DNA from: Bdellovibrio sp.
GTDB taxonomy: Bacteria; Bdellovibrionota; Bdellovibrionia; Bdellovibrionales; Bdellovibrionaceae
Direction: 5' to 3'
Assembly (NCBI GenBank): GCA_036677065.1
Contig: JAKFBS010000002.1
Location: forward strand, 832,001-896,000
DNA: 64,000 nucleotides
The notes beneath the pieces are model-generated. The model did not search any database and was not told where the DNA came from. It saw only the letters and a list, made by a program, of their open reading frames with translations. Positions 19,775 to 29,841 of this stretch are shown piece by piece; position 1 is the first letter of the stretch; the number at the start of each line of letters is the position of its first letter. Both the position numbers and the translations under genes were made by a program.

Positions 19775-19832
19775 GTAGGCCGTACCTATTTGGGATGCGA
19801 TGCGAAACCGCAGCTAATAACTGCGGTTTTTT
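19768..19832. terminator. Two hairpins ending the glt operon; the second is a probable intrinsic terminator
   Basis: CAAATAGGTA-GGCCG-TACCTATTTG and AAACCGCAG-CTAATAA-CTGCGGTTT+TTT, between convergent genes. Confidence 0.8.
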
Positions 19833-20292
19833 ATTTCTGGGAAGCGACTCCCCGTTTGCACCAATTGATCTTTTCTTTAGTTTGGCCTTCGTAGGCGTAG
19901 GCTAGATTATTTTTAATCAAGGTCTCGGCAACATCTTTACCGTCGATTTTAACATCAGCTAAGATACGAAAATATTTATCGCGCTCGATATTTATTAAAT
20001 CAATTCTTTTAGAATTTTTAAGCATATTCTCAACTAAGCGTTTTGAAGTTCTTGCCATATCTTTTTCGCAAGGAAGTTTGCCTTTAATTTCTGGCGAGTC
20101 GATATGCTTTACGCGAATACTGATTTTTTCGCCAATTAAAGGGTGCACACCCGGAATATTAAAGGTGATCGTATCGGCGTCGTAATTTTTAAGATATTTT
20201 ACACACGCAAAAGAAGTTGCCGTGTGGGTACAGTCATTAGCTAAACTGCTCTGTGTTACTAAAAAGAAAAAAGCTGCTATTAATATTTTCAT
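19831..20292 (-). CDS. Secreted thermonuclease (SNase family)
   Basis: YDADTI, IRVKHIDSPE, RDKYFRILA. Confidence 0.9.
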   Translation of the reverse strand: MKILIAAFFFLVTQSSLANDCTHTATSFACVKYLKNYDADTITFNIPGVHPLIGEKISIRVKHIDSPEIKGKLPCEKDMARTSKRLVENMLKNSKRIDLINIERDKYFRILADVKIDGKDVAETLIKNNLAYAYEGQTKEKINWCKRGVASQK

Positions 20293-20336
20293 AAGAAAAT
20301 GTTAACATGCAGCTTTTATTTGAAAAGAAGAAAATA

Positions 20337-20936
20337 CTATCTTGGGCAGATTCTAGATGCGTCTTCTGCAGAAATTTTTAAATCATCAAATAACTGAAAT
20401 TTCTGAATACGTAAGATCTTGCCGTTCGGAACATTAGCAAACCAATAAGCCTGAGCTTGTTGTGGTGTCATTCCGCAGAATTGAATTAAAGCATAAGCAG
20501 CCATTTCACCTGATGCATGCCAGCCGTTCCAGCAGTGAACATACATTGGGCCTTTTTTGTTTTCGATAATGTCTTTTACTTTTGTTAAAAAAACTTTAAC
20601 CGCTGGGCGGCTTCTGGTATCAGGACCAAAATTTGTGTACTCAACACCATGAGTTGCACTTGGTCTTTTATCCCAACCATAAGGGTACATATACACAGAA
20701 GCTGAAAAGCCTTTGTCGGCCAAAGATTTTAAACCAGTTTCATTTAATGGAACTTGTCCGCCAATCGAATTACCACCGCGGTATAAAACACCCGGAATAA
20801 CTACGCGATAATTTCTTAAACCAGAAACCTTTTCATGAGTCGCTTCAGTGTTTTTCATAAGATCGTTTAACGACACTTGTTGAGCGTTTGCAGTAAAGGC
20901 GACTAAAAGGGTTAAAATTGAAATTAATGTTTTCAT
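20337..20936 (-). CDS. Secreted PTP/DSP-fold protein with non-canonical P-loop
   Basis: NYRVVIPGVLYRGG and GPMYVHCWNGWHASG; ATG 20936 has SD AGGAG and begins a signal peptide. Confidence 0.7.
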   Translation of the reverse strand: MKTLISILTLLVAFTANAQQVSLNDLMKNTEATHEKVSGLRNYRVVIPGVLYRGGNSIGGQVPLNETGLKSLADKGFSASVYMYPYGWDKRPSATHGVEYTNFGPDTRSRPAVKVFLTKVKDIIENKKGPMYVHCWNGWHASGEMAAYALIQFCGMTPQQAQAYWFANVPNGKILRIQKFQLFDDLKISAEDASRICPR

Positions 20937-21048
20937 AATTACTCCTGTAATAAGGATTAACTCTGCAAAATCATGCACTGTCTCAGATTGAGAATCAGGT
21001 CTTTAAAACTGATTAAATGAATTCAGGATTACTGGTTACTGTAAAACC

Positions 21049-21531
21049 CTACTGAGATGACAGAATTTGGTAGACACCGTCTGGCGAAAGCCCTGGTAAG
21101 CCGTTTAAGGCCTGATACGACGCAGGCCAAGCCTCCGAGAACACCATCGGCTTTGGAGCTAAACCCAAGAGCTTAGCGATTAATTCAGAACAATAAATTT
21201 TCTCATCATCCCAGATATAACCATGATCAAAGGGTTTACCCAGCAGGGCTTTTACTTTGGCTTCATCGAGTTCTTCAAGATTTGGCACTTCAAGATATTC
21301 GAGGATTTCGCCCATTTTCTGAATTTTATCAATCGTCACAAGCTCAACACCTCTGTAAGGATGAGCCTGAAGCCATTGACCTTTATAAGAAATCGCCGAG
21401 TGAGCAAAACGAGCCCCCGGTTCAAGTTGAACAACGTTACCGTAGTAATCCCGCATCTGAATAAATGCGACCATGACTTTGGCTTGCGCAGAAAGAGAAA
21501 ATAAAATAATCGTGGCCACGACAAATTTCAT
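21049..21531 (-). CDS. Permuted papain-like NlpC/P60 (YiiX/YebB-like) hydrolase
   Basis: FAHSAI...LGKPFD...IYCSELI; signal peptide. Confidence 0.8.
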   Translation of the reverse strand: MKFVVATIILFSLSAQAKVMVAFIQMRDYYGNVVQLEPGARFAHSAISYKGQWLQAHPYRGVELVTIDKIQKMGEILEYLEVPNLEELDEAKVKALLGKPFDHGYIWDDEKIYCSELIAKLLGLAPKPMVFSEAWPASYQALNGLPGLSPDGVYQILSSQ

Positions 21532-21535
21532 AAAC

Positions 21536-22099
21536 TTACTTTACAAAAACTTTTTCACTTTGAGTAACTAACATCGCAGCCATTGTATTTTTTAGCAGGT
21601 CACCCAGTAAAAACGGATACAAGCCAGCAACGAATAAGCCTTCACGCGGAATAAAAAACGATAAACCCACAAGACCGAAAGTAAAAACACAAACGCTGCC
21701 AAGGTAGCTGGCCAGCAATGTTTTTTTAAATGATTTAGTCCAACCTATGTCACTTAAATAGCCCATAACAATAGAGCCCGCTAACATTCCAAATAAATAG
21801 CCGGTGGTTGGCCCGCCAATACCCGCTTTAGCGGCGGCAAAAACCGGAAGCCCTGCAGCACCTAACAGTAAATAACTAAGCACTGAAGCAAAACCACGTT
21901 TAAATCCCCACATCAACGCAATCAGTGCGACACCAAAAGTTTGTCCGGTGATCGGCACCGGTGTCCAAGGCAGCGGAATTGAAACTTGCGCCAATAAACT
22001 TAAAACGACAACACCGCTGGCGATAGCAGCCAGGTTATAGGTGAGTTGATTTCCGCGAGAGATAACAAAACGAGACACTAAAGCTTGTGAATTTTTCAT
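21536..22099 (-). CDS. bioY: Biotin transporter BioY
   Basis: PVPITGQTFGV, YLLLGAAGLPVFA, GPTTGYLFG. Confidence 0.93.
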   Translation of the reverse strand: MKNSQALVSRFVISRGNQLTYNLAAIASGVVVLSLLAQVSIPLPWTPVPITGQTFGVALIALMWGFKRGFASVLSYLLLGAAGLPVFAAAKAGIGGPTTGYLFGMLAGSIVMGYLSDIGWTKSFKKTLLASYLGSVCVFTFGLVGLSFFIPREGLFVAGLYPFLLGDLLKNTMAAMLVTQSEKVFVK

Positions 22100-22193
22100 A
22101 GACTTTGGATCGTAGAAAATATTTCGGCGTCATTGTAGTAAAAAAAAGTAATTTTAGATTTCAATTATTGAACTACTAAACTATATTTCGCAC

Positions 22194-22640
22194 ATGAAAA
22201 TTACAAAATACCTTGATGCCAGCCCCGTTTTTGCCCTGAATAGTGCATATGAAACTATTGTGTCGGATATCAACCGCACTTTGAAATCTGAAGATTCAAA
22301 CTTACTGCAGGGTTTAGTTTTAACGGCACTTTTTTTTGAAGATAAAGACAGCATTACCCCGTCTCAGCTAGCCAAAGTGTTTCACACCAGCCGCGGAAAC
22401 ATCAGCCATATCGTTTCGCATTTAGAATACAAAGGTTGGGTTAAACGCATGGTTAGCCCCAAAGATGCCAGGCAGTTTCAGATTATTTTAAAACCTGAAG
22501 GTCGAAAAAAAGCACTTAAGCTTGTTAAATATTACGATAAAATTCAGGATCTGTTTGAAAACCATTTAGGAATAAATCACTGCAAGCAGACTTCAGAAAA
22601 TATAACCAAACTTAAAGAGGCTTATCTTACTTTCGGCTAA
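22194..22640 (+). CDS. MarR family transcriptional regulator
   Basis: wHTH TPSQLAKVFHTSRGNISHIVSHLEYKGWVKR...DAR. Confidence 0.88.
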   Translation: MKITKYLDASPVFALNSAYETIVSDINRTLKSEDSNLLQGLVLTALFFEDKDSITPSQLAKVFHTSRGNISHIVSHLEYKGWVKRMVSPKDARQFQIILKPEGRKKALKLVKYYDKIQDLFENHLGINHCKQTSENITKLKEAYLTFG

Positions 22641-24231
22641 AGCGACCCATCACTTTTTTGCCGATTTTACCGAATTCATTCGGAAACAAGCGCACGCCAA
22701 TGGCAAAAAATCCAACCAGCACTAAGGCAATGGTGACCGATAAAGCCAGAAACCCCGCCATATACCCATTTAAAATAAAATTTAACTGGGCAATAAAAAA
22801 CACAATCAATCCAACGAAGGCAAACTTCACAAGGCTTTGTAAAAATTTAAGATATGGAAAATCAAAAATTAAAAAATTATAAAACACTAACAACATCGTA
22901 AGATTTACTGCCGCCGATGTCGTCGTTGAAATCATCAACCCTTGTACGCCCCAACGAGCCATTAAGACCGGCGCCAAAAAAATATGAATCACTAAACAGC
23001 CACCCGATAACATCGCCGGAAACCATGTGTTCTTAATCGCATAATAAGCCGGCGTCAGAACTCGCACCCCGCTTGAAAAAACCATAATCCAGCAATAAGT
23101 TTTTAAAATTAAACTGGCTGTATGCACATCATCTGGCGTGAAGCGACCGCGGCCGAATAATAAATCCATAATCGGTTCGGCTAACACAAATAAGCCGCAG
23201 GCTGCGGCGATAGAAACAAATAAATTTAATTCTAAGTAATGTCTGGTTTGTTCAGCCATTTCAGATTTTTTATCTTGCACCCAGTATTTTGATAATACCG
23301 GTAATAACGCGGTTCCAAGGCTTACTGAAATTAACGACAGCGGCAGTTCAATCAAACGATCGACGTAATTAATATAAGAAATGGTTCCTTCTTTTAATGA
23401 CGAAGCAAAACGAAGATTCACGATCGTTGTAAATTGCAATAGCCCAAGGCCAACAAGTCCCGGCCCCATATTGCGAAAAACTTTGAGCGTGTCTTTGTTT
23501 TTAAAATCAAAAGAAAGCTTTGGAAAATACCCACAACGGCGAAGTGCTGGAATCAAAACTGCAGCTTGTAAAAATCCACCGATCAAAACACCCCAGGCCA
23601 ATTGTGTTCCATTATTTTGCGCAGCTTCTGACAACCAAGATTTTGGCCATAAAGTAGAAATCACCATCGCCAGATTCCAGAAAGTTGGCGCTAAAGCTGG
23701 CCAGAAAAATTCTCCGAGGGCGTTTAATATCCCCATAAAAAAAGCAAAGCTTGAGATAAAAAAGACAAAACCAAACATGATTTGCGCCATTTGTTTGGTG
23801 ATCAGGTATTTTTCAGTGTTGGCGATATATTCTGGATCTAAAACTAAATGCAATAAAGCATCAGATCTTAAAATGCCCAAAACTGTGATCACCGATAGGA
23901 TCATTAATAAAAGCGTGTACAGCGAATTGATCAGATTTTGGGCTCTTTCGCGGCTATCGTGATTGGCTTCGACGAAAATGGGGATAAAACTAACAGAAAG
24001 TGAGCCTTCACCTAAAAGCCTGCGAAACATGTTGGGAATCCGAAAGGCCGCAGCCCAGGCATCGGTAATTTGTTTATCAAATAGCGCAGCTAATAGACTT
24101 TCGCGTACGAGCCCTAAAGCTCTGCTCGTCATCGTTCCAAACGCCATCTTTAAAGCATTTTTAAGAATCCCTGCTTGCTTAGGTTTATTTGGTGTGTTAG
24201 CTATTTGTGTTCGTTCTGAAATGTCAGACAT
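22627..24231 (-). CDS. murJ: Lipid II flippase MurJ
   Basis: SRALGLVRE, AFRIPNMFRRLLGEGSLS, DRLIELPLSL. Confidence 0.95.
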   Translation of the reverse strand: MSDISERTQIANTPNKPKQAGILKNALKMAFGTMTSRALGLVRESLLAALFDKQITDAWAAAFRIPNMFRRLLGEGSLSVSFIPIFVEANHDSRERAQNLINSLYTLLLMILSVITVLGILRSDALLHLVLDPEYIANTEKYLITKQMAQIMFGFVFFISSFAFFMGILNALGEFFWPALAPTFWNLAMVISTLWPKSWLSEAAQNNGTQLAWGVLIGGFLQAAVLIPALRRCGYFPKLSFDFKNKDTLKVFRNMGPGLVGLGLLQFTTIVNLRFASSLKEGTISYINYVDRLIELPLSLISVSLGTALLPVLSKYWVQDKKSEMAEQTRHYLELNLFVSIAAACGLFVLAEPIMDLLFGRGRFTPDDVHTASLILKTYCWIMVFSSGVRVLTPAYYAIKNTWFPAMLSGGCLVIHIFLAPVLMARWGVQGLMISTTTSAAVNLTMLLVFYNFLIFDFPYLKFLQSLVKFAFVGLIVFFIAQLNFILNGYMAGFLALSVTIALVLVGFFAIGVRLFPNEFGKIGKKVMGRFSRK

Positions 24232-24251
24232 ACTTTACTGGAGGTTATACC

Positions 24252-24524
24252 TTGGCACAACATAAGTCAGCAGCTAAAAGAGCTCGTCAAGCCGTTAAGA
24301 AAAACGCTATCAATACAGCTCGTAAATCTACTGTTCGTACAGCTGAAAAAAGCTTATCATCAGCAATTAAAACTAAAGACGTTAAAGCTGCTCAAACGTT
24401 ATTGTCTAACTACGTTAGCAAAATCATGAAAGCCGCTCAAAAAGGCGTTATGTCGAAACAAACTGCTGCTCGTAAAGTAGCTCGTTTATCGACTCAAGTT
24501 TTTAAAGCTACTTCTGCTAAATAG
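24252..24524 (+). CDS. rpsT: 30S ribosomal protein S20 (TTG start)
   Basis: AQHKSAAKRARQ...AARKVARL; GGAGG upstream of TTG 24252. Confidence 0.95.
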   Translation: MAQHKSAAKRARQAVKKNAINTARKSTVRTAEKSLSSAIKTKDVKAAQTLLSNYVSKIMKAAQKGVMSKQTAARKVARLSTQVFKATSAK

Positions 24525-24565
24525 TAGAAATACTTTGAAGCTCGGCTCTGCCGACCGCTAACAAG

Positions 24566-24940
24566 CTAAAGCGATAATTTGAACTTTTCTTGTTCATGAC
24601 TAGTCCGAGCTACATAGGCTCGGATTTGTCGTTTTAGCGACAAGCTCACGTCTGTGAAACTTAATCCGTACACAGTGTGACCAGGCTTCGTGGTGAACCC
24701 ATCAACGGTGTTTCTCACAACCGCACGCAGGCAAAAGAATCCCCCGTTCGGGATATAAAAATTAACAACAATAGGACTATTCATATCTAAGGCCATTTCG
24801 GTTTGAAATGAAATGCCACCTTCGCCTATTTCTACTCCGCCAGTAACTTCTGAATACCCTTTACAGGTAAATGCCACAGGCTTTTTAAAGTGTGTGCGGG
24901 GATATTTTCTTTTCGGGGCTTCTTTGATATGTGCATTCAT
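24566..24940 (-). CDS. Stand-alone PilZ domain protein
   Basis: RKYPR, EIGEGGISF, YGLSF. Confidence 0.85.
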   Translation of the reverse strand: MNAHIKEAPKRKYPRTHFKKPVAFTCKGYSEVTGGVEIGEGGISFQTEMALDMNSPIVVNFYIPNGGFFCLRAVVRNTVDGFTTKPGHTVYGLSFTDVSLSLKRQIRAYVARTSHEQEKFKLSL

Positions 24941-24947
24941 ACTGTAC

Positions 24948-24975
24948 TTATCGGTAGTCTAGATTCAAATCCTAA
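24948..24975 (-). promoter_or_regulatory. Putative sigma28-type promoter, leaderless
   Basis: TTAGG-N15-ACCGATAA, then 7 nt, then ATG; no SD. Confidence 0.5.
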
Positions 24976-25047
24976 TCTGCAAATTCAAACTAGACCTTTG
25001 ACTAGCGGTCTGAGCGGATGCGCATACCCTTTTAAGACAGTTTCGAT

Positions 25048-26205
25048 ATGATCATAACCATGAAAAAACACACTCTATTTTTGACAGCATTGATCACATC
25101 CACTTTTCTTTTCAATTGCGCAGGCACGGGGTCTCTTTTAAATAACTCAACTAATAATGGCGCGAAAACCAAAGCCCGCCCGATGTTAGATTCATCGAAA
25201 GAAGCGCAATTAAATATTCCTTACCGCAGCCTTGATACAGATAAAGAATTAACACTGATTGGCCTTGGTTCATGTTCAGATCAAAACTTAGCTGAACCGA
25301 TATGGAAAACGATCAAACAAGCTAACCCCCAACTTTTTATCATGATGGGTGATAACGTTTACGCTTCACGCAAAGAAGATAAACCCATTATCGACCAGTA
25401 CATCAAAATGAATCAAATTGCTGAATATAAAGAATTGCGCGAAGCGATTCCATTTTTAGCAACTTGGGATGACCATGATTATGGCCAAAATGATGGTGGC
25501 GTTGATAATCCAGAAAAAGACGAAGCCCGCAGAGCATTTCTAAATTACTGGAGCTACTTAAAATTCACGATGCCAAAAGACCAACAAGGTATTTACCACA
25601 GTCGAATCATCGGTTCAAAAAATCGCAAAGTGCAAATCATTATGTTAGACACACGCTGGGACCGTTCAGCGTTAGTTAAAAATCCTGAATACAATGCGAC
25701 AACTAATACCGAACAACCACCAAAAATATTTTTACCCACAGATGATAAAAATGCGCGTGTGTTATCAGAAGCGCAATGGAAGTGGCTAGATCAAGAATTA
25801 GCAAAGCCTGCCAATCTACGCCTGATCGTTTCTTCAATTCAAGTGATCGCCAACGATCATTATTTTGAAAAATGGGGAAACTTTCCAAAAGAGCGTGAAC
25901 GTTTTTTCAATTTGCTAAAAAAACACAAAGCTAAAAACACAGTGATTTTATCGGGTGACCGCCATTTATCAGCCGTCGCCAAAGAAGACGTTAAAGGTTT
26001 AGGAACGATTTATGATGTAACGGCCAGTTCGCTGAATAGACCTTCGCGTAATTTAACACCTGAAGTTGATAAGACCTACACAGCTCCAAGTTTTTTAAAA
26101 CCTAATTTTGGAATGCTGTTAATTGACTGGAGCAAACGCACTTTATCAGCCAAAATTATGGATGAAGAAAATAAAGCTCAGATCGAACAAGATATTAAAT
26201 TTTAA
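25048..26205 (+). CDS. PhoD family alkaline phosphatase, lipoprotein
   Basis: GSC, GDNVY, TWDDHDY, LDTR, LSGDRH; Cys after a hydrophobic signal segment. Confidence 0.9.
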   Translation: MIITMKKHTLFLTALITSTFLFNCAGTGSLLNNSTNNGAKTKARPMLDSSKEAQLNIPYRSLDTDKELTLIGLGSCSDQNLAEPIWKTIKQANPQLFIMMGDNVYASRKEDKPIIDQYIKMNQIAEYKELREAIPFLATWDDHDYGQNDGGVDNPEKDEARRAFLNYWSYLKFTMPKDQQGIYHSRIIGSKNRKVQIIMLDTRWDRSALVKNPEYNATTNTEQPPKIFLPTDDKNARVLSEAQWKWLDQELAKPANLRLIVSSIQVIANDHYFEKWGNFPKERERFFNLLKKHKAKNTVILSGDRHLSAVAKEDVKGLGTIYDVTASSLNRPSRNLTPEVDKTYTAPSFLKPNFGMLLIDWSKRTLSAKIMDEENKAQIEQDIKF

Positions 26206-27165
26206 TTATTTGCGTAGGCTTATATTCGAATCGACCGGTGAAAGCCAACCTTTCACCACAATATAGATAAATAATGCGCTTGAAATAAGTATCATCAATA
26301 TGATTGACGCCCAAAATCCCCACTCATTTTGCAAGCCCGGAATATGAGTAAAATTCATTCCGAAGACACCAGCAATAAAATTTAGCGGTAAAAAGAAAAT
26401 GGTTAACACCGTTAATACGCGCATGATCTCATTGGTGCGAAGCGAGGCTTCGTTCGTACGCTGTGAAGCGATCGACAAATGTAACCCCAGCAACCCTTGC
26501 GTGTTTTCAAAAATATCATCGGCATAAAACTGATAGCGTTCTAATTTATCGCGGCTATCTTGCCATAAATCTTTTTGTGCTAATCGAGTCATTACTTCTA
26601 ACGTGTATTTTAAAACTTTGCGATAAGCCGAAGCTTTGCGTTTGATGTAATAACCTTCTTGTAAAAGCGCTTTAGAACGTTTGTGGTTGAAAATATTTTC
26701 TTCAAACTTTTCCATGTTAGCTTCAAGCTGATTGATCGGGTTTTCAAACGCCAAGGCTGCTTGTTCAAATATCAGCCCCATCAAGGTTAAGACATTTACA
26801 TCTTTAAGATGGTCTTCTGTAAGAGCATTAACAGTGCTTGCGACCTCTGTAATCGCGGTCAGTTCCGCAATACGGTGAATGGTGATCACCTGCTTTTCGT
26901 GAATAAAAATCGCTATTTTTGTAGTCAATTCTTGCACACTATCGGCCTTTGCATCTGAAACTGGCTCTGGAATACGTAATATAACAAAGCGAGTCGACCC
27001 GTAGGTCTCAACATGCGGAAGGTAGTCAGGATTCAAACAGTTTTGAATTATGCTCTCAGGCAAACCTAAAACGCCCGCTAACTCATTATATTGAGTCTGA
27101 GTCGGCGCTGCATAATTGAGCCATTGAATTTCTCTATTTGAAAATAATTTTTTACCATTTGCCAT
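26206..27165 (-). CDS. corA: CorA family Mg2+/divalent cation transporter
   Basis: NEIMRVLT...PLNFIAGVFGMNF. Confidence 0.9.
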   Translation of the reverse strand: MANGKKLFSNREIQWLNYAAPTQTQYNELAGVLGLPESIIQNCLNPDYLPHVETYGSTRFVILRIPEPVSDAKADSVQELTTKIAIFIHEKQVITIHRIAELTAITEVASTVNALTEDHLKDVNVLTLMGLIFEQAALAFENPINQLEANMEKFEENIFNHKRSKALLQEGYYIKRKASAYRKVLKYTLEVMTRLAQKDLWQDSRDKLERYQFYADDIFENTQGLLGLHLSIASQRTNEASLRTNEIMRVLTVLTIFFLPLNFIAGVFGMNFTHIPGLQNEWGFWASIILMILISSALFIYIVVKGWLSPVDSNISLRK

Positions 27166-27227
27166 AGTTTTGCTACTTTACTTCGATTATTGTAAGGGTC
27201 GTGCCCAAGGCACGCAAGGAATTATGC

Positions 27228-29831
27228 ATGAAACAAGATCAACTATCTAATACACCTGCCCGCATTTATTTAACTGATTATAAAGCTCCGGATTTCAATA
27301 TTAAAGATATCCACCTTTATTTTAACTTGCACGAAACTCAAACCGTTGTGACGGCGAAAATGAATTTTTCACGTGTGAGCACGGCGAAAGATTTAGTTCT
27401 TGCTGGTGGCGAACACGTTAAACTTTTATCGCTATCAATTAACGGCGAAAAGCTTGCAACTACTCGCTTTCAAGTTGAAGGCGAAACTTTAACGATCAAA
27501 GATGTTCCGGCTGAATTTTTATTACAATCTGAAGTTGAAATTAATCCTGAAGCCAATAAATCTTGCGAAGGTTTATATTTATCTGGCGGAATTTTCTGCA
27601 CGCAATGTGAAGCAGAAAGCTTTAGAAAGATTACTTACTTTTTAGATCGTCCCGATGTGATGACAACTTACACTGTTGAAATGGAAGCGGATGAAAAAAA
27701 ATATCCTCACCTTTTATCAAATGGCGATAACATTTCTAAAAAATCTTTAGGTAATGGCCGCCACCATGCGATGTGGAAAGACCCTTTCAAAAAACCAAGT
27801 TATTTATTTGCATTAGTAGCTGGAGACATGGGCGTGATCAAAGACACGTTCACAACAAAATCTGGCAAAACGGTAAAACTTGAAGTCTATGCTCCGCACG
27901 GAAAACAAGAGCGTTGCAAACACGCCATGGTGTCATTGCAAAAATCAATGCAATGGGATGAGGAACGTTTTGGTTTAGAATACGATCTTGGCACTTACAT
28001 GATCGTATCAATTGATGATTTTAATATGGGCGCAATGGAGAACAAAGGCTTAAACGTATTTAATTCACGTTTAGTTTTAGCTGATGAAAAATCGGCGACT
28101 GACACTGACTTTGAAATGATTGAATCAGTTGTAGGCCATGAATACTTTCATAACTGGACAGGAAACCGTGTAACTTGCAGAAACTGGTTTGAACTTTCGC
28201 TAAAAGAAGGTTTAACCGTTTTTCGTGACCAAGAATTTTCTGCCGATATGAATTCTCGCTCGGTGCAAAGAATTAAAGATGTCGATTCATTACGTTCACG
28301 CCAGTTCACTGAAGATGCAGGGCCCAATGCTCACCCCGTTCGCCCAGAATCATGTTTAGCCGTAGATAATTTCTATACCGCAACGATTTATGAAAAAGGC
28401 GCTGAAGTCATTCGTATGATGCAAACTATTGTCGGTCGTGATGGTTTTAGAAAAGGTATGGATGAATACTTTAAACGCCACGACGGACAAGCTGTGACGA
28501 TTATTGATTTCGCTGAAGCGATTGCAGCCCCGAATAAGGCTGATTTTTCTCAGTTCAAACGTTGGTATTCACAAGCTGGTACTCCGGTTGTAACAGTCAC
28601 CGAAAATTATGATCAAGCCTCTGAAACGTTAACGTTAACATTAGCGCAGGCTTGTGAATTAACACTGACTGGAAAACAAGAGAAGAAAGAAAAGTTACCT
28701 TTTCATATTCCGTTAAAATTTGGTCTTATTGACCAAACCGGTAAAGAAAATCTTGAGCATAACCAAGTTTTAAATTTAAAAGAATCAACACAAACTTGGA
28801 CATTCACAGGCATTACGACTCGTCCGGTAGTTTCACTTAATCGTGAATTTTCGGCTCCGGTTAAATTAAAATGGAATCGTTCAAATGCAGATCTATTGCA
28901 TTTAATTAAATTCGATACGGATGCGTTTAATCGCCGTGAATCTTGCAGCAAAATGTTATTTGATGAAACGGCAAAATTAATCACCGCTTATCAAAATAAA
29001 ACTGATCTAAAACCAAACCCTGAAATTATTCAGTCATTAGGTTATGTGCTAAACGACACGGCGATCGATGCGCAATTTAAAGCGCTCATCTTATCAATGC
29101 CTTCTGATAGCCAGTTAGCGCAAGAACAAGCTATTCTTGATCCGACAGCTTTCTTTAATGCAAAACTTGCGATTAAAAAAGCTTTTGTCAGTACGTTTAA
29201 TACTGATCTTTTAGCAACGTACGCTAAACATCATAGTCTAAATAGCATTGGTGATCGCGCTCTTAAGAATAAAATTTTAGGATTTGGCGTTGCAACTGAA
29301 AATGCAGACTGGGTTACCTTAGCTGATAAACAGTATTGGTCTGCGCAAAACATGACTGATAAAATCGCTGCGTTAAGCTGTTTAGCTGAAACTCACTCTG
29401 AGTTAACTGATAAAGCATTAAATGATTTTCATGCGACTTGGAATACAGACAGTGTTGTCTTTAATAAATGGTTATCTGTGCAAGCCACTAGCAGCTCAGA
29501 AAAAACATTTGCGCGTGTTCAGGCTGCAACCAATGCTAAAGGTTACGAGCAAACAAATCCAAATAACCTGTATAGTCTTCTTGGCGGCTTTGCCGGAAAT
29601 TACCTGCGTTTTCACACCGACAGTGCGCCGACGTATAAATGGTTTGCTGACGAATTATTGCGAATTGATAAAGTAAACCCACAAGTTGGTGCCCGCTTAG
29701 CACAAGCTTTTAACTTTACTAAAAAATTACCGACGCATTTAAAAACTTTAGCACAAACTGAAGTTCAACGAATGTTGGCTTCAGACACGTTATCTAAAAA
29801 CGCGCGCGAGCTTTTAGAAAAAACTATGTAA
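27228..29831 (+). CDS. pepN: Aminopeptidase N (M1)
   Basis: GAMENKGLN, HEYFHNWTGNRVT, YEKGAEV; ATG 27228 has SD AAGGA (GTG 27201 is an alternative start). Confidence 0.96.
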   Translation: MKQDQLSNTPARIYLTDYKAPDFNIKDIHLYFNLHETQTVVTAKMNFSRVSTAKDLVLAGGEHVKLLSLSINGEKLATTRFQVEGETLTIKDVPAEFLLQSEVEINPEANKSCEGLYLSGGIFCTQCEAESFRKITYFLDRPDVMTTYTVEMEADEKKYPHLLSNGDNISKKSLGNGRHHAMWKDPFKKPSYLFALVAGDMGVIKDTFTTKSGKTVKLEVYAPHGKQERCKHAMVSLQKSMQWDEERFGLEYDLGTYMIVSIDDFNMGAMENKGLNVFNSRLVLADEKSATDTDFEMIESVVGHEYFHNWTGNRVTCRNWFELSLKEGLTVFRDQEFSADMNSRSVQRIKDVDSLRSRQFTEDAGPNAHPVRPESCLAVDNFYTATIYEKGAEVIRMMQTIVGRDGFRKGMDEYFKRHDGQAVTIIDFAEAIAAPNKADFSQFKRWYSQAGTPVVTVTENYDQASETLTLTLAQACELTLTGKQEKKEKLPFHIPLKFGLIDQTGKENLEHNQVLNLKESTQTWTFTGITTRPVVSLNREFSAPVKLKWNRSNADLLHLIKFDTDAFNRRESCSKMLFDETAKLITAYQNKTDLKPNPEIIQSLGYVLNDTAIDAQFKALILSMPSDSQLAQEQAILDPTAFFNAKLAIKKAFVSTFNTDLLATYAKHHSLNSIGDRALKNKILGFGVATENADWVTLADKQYWSAQNMTDKIAALSCLAETHSELTDKALNDFHATWNTDSVVFNKWLSVQATSSSEKTFARVQAATNAKGYEQTNPNNLYSLLGGFAGNYLRFHTDSAPTYKWFADELLRIDKVNPQVGARLAQAFNFTKKLPTHLKTLAQTEVQRMLASDTLSKNARELLEKTM

Positions 29832-29841
29832 CCGTAGTTTT

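Noticed and set aside
24207..24251. N-terminally extended S20 overlapping murJ
   Set aside because: The SD and the family N-terminus point to TTG 24252; divergent rpsT-murJ is a known arrangement
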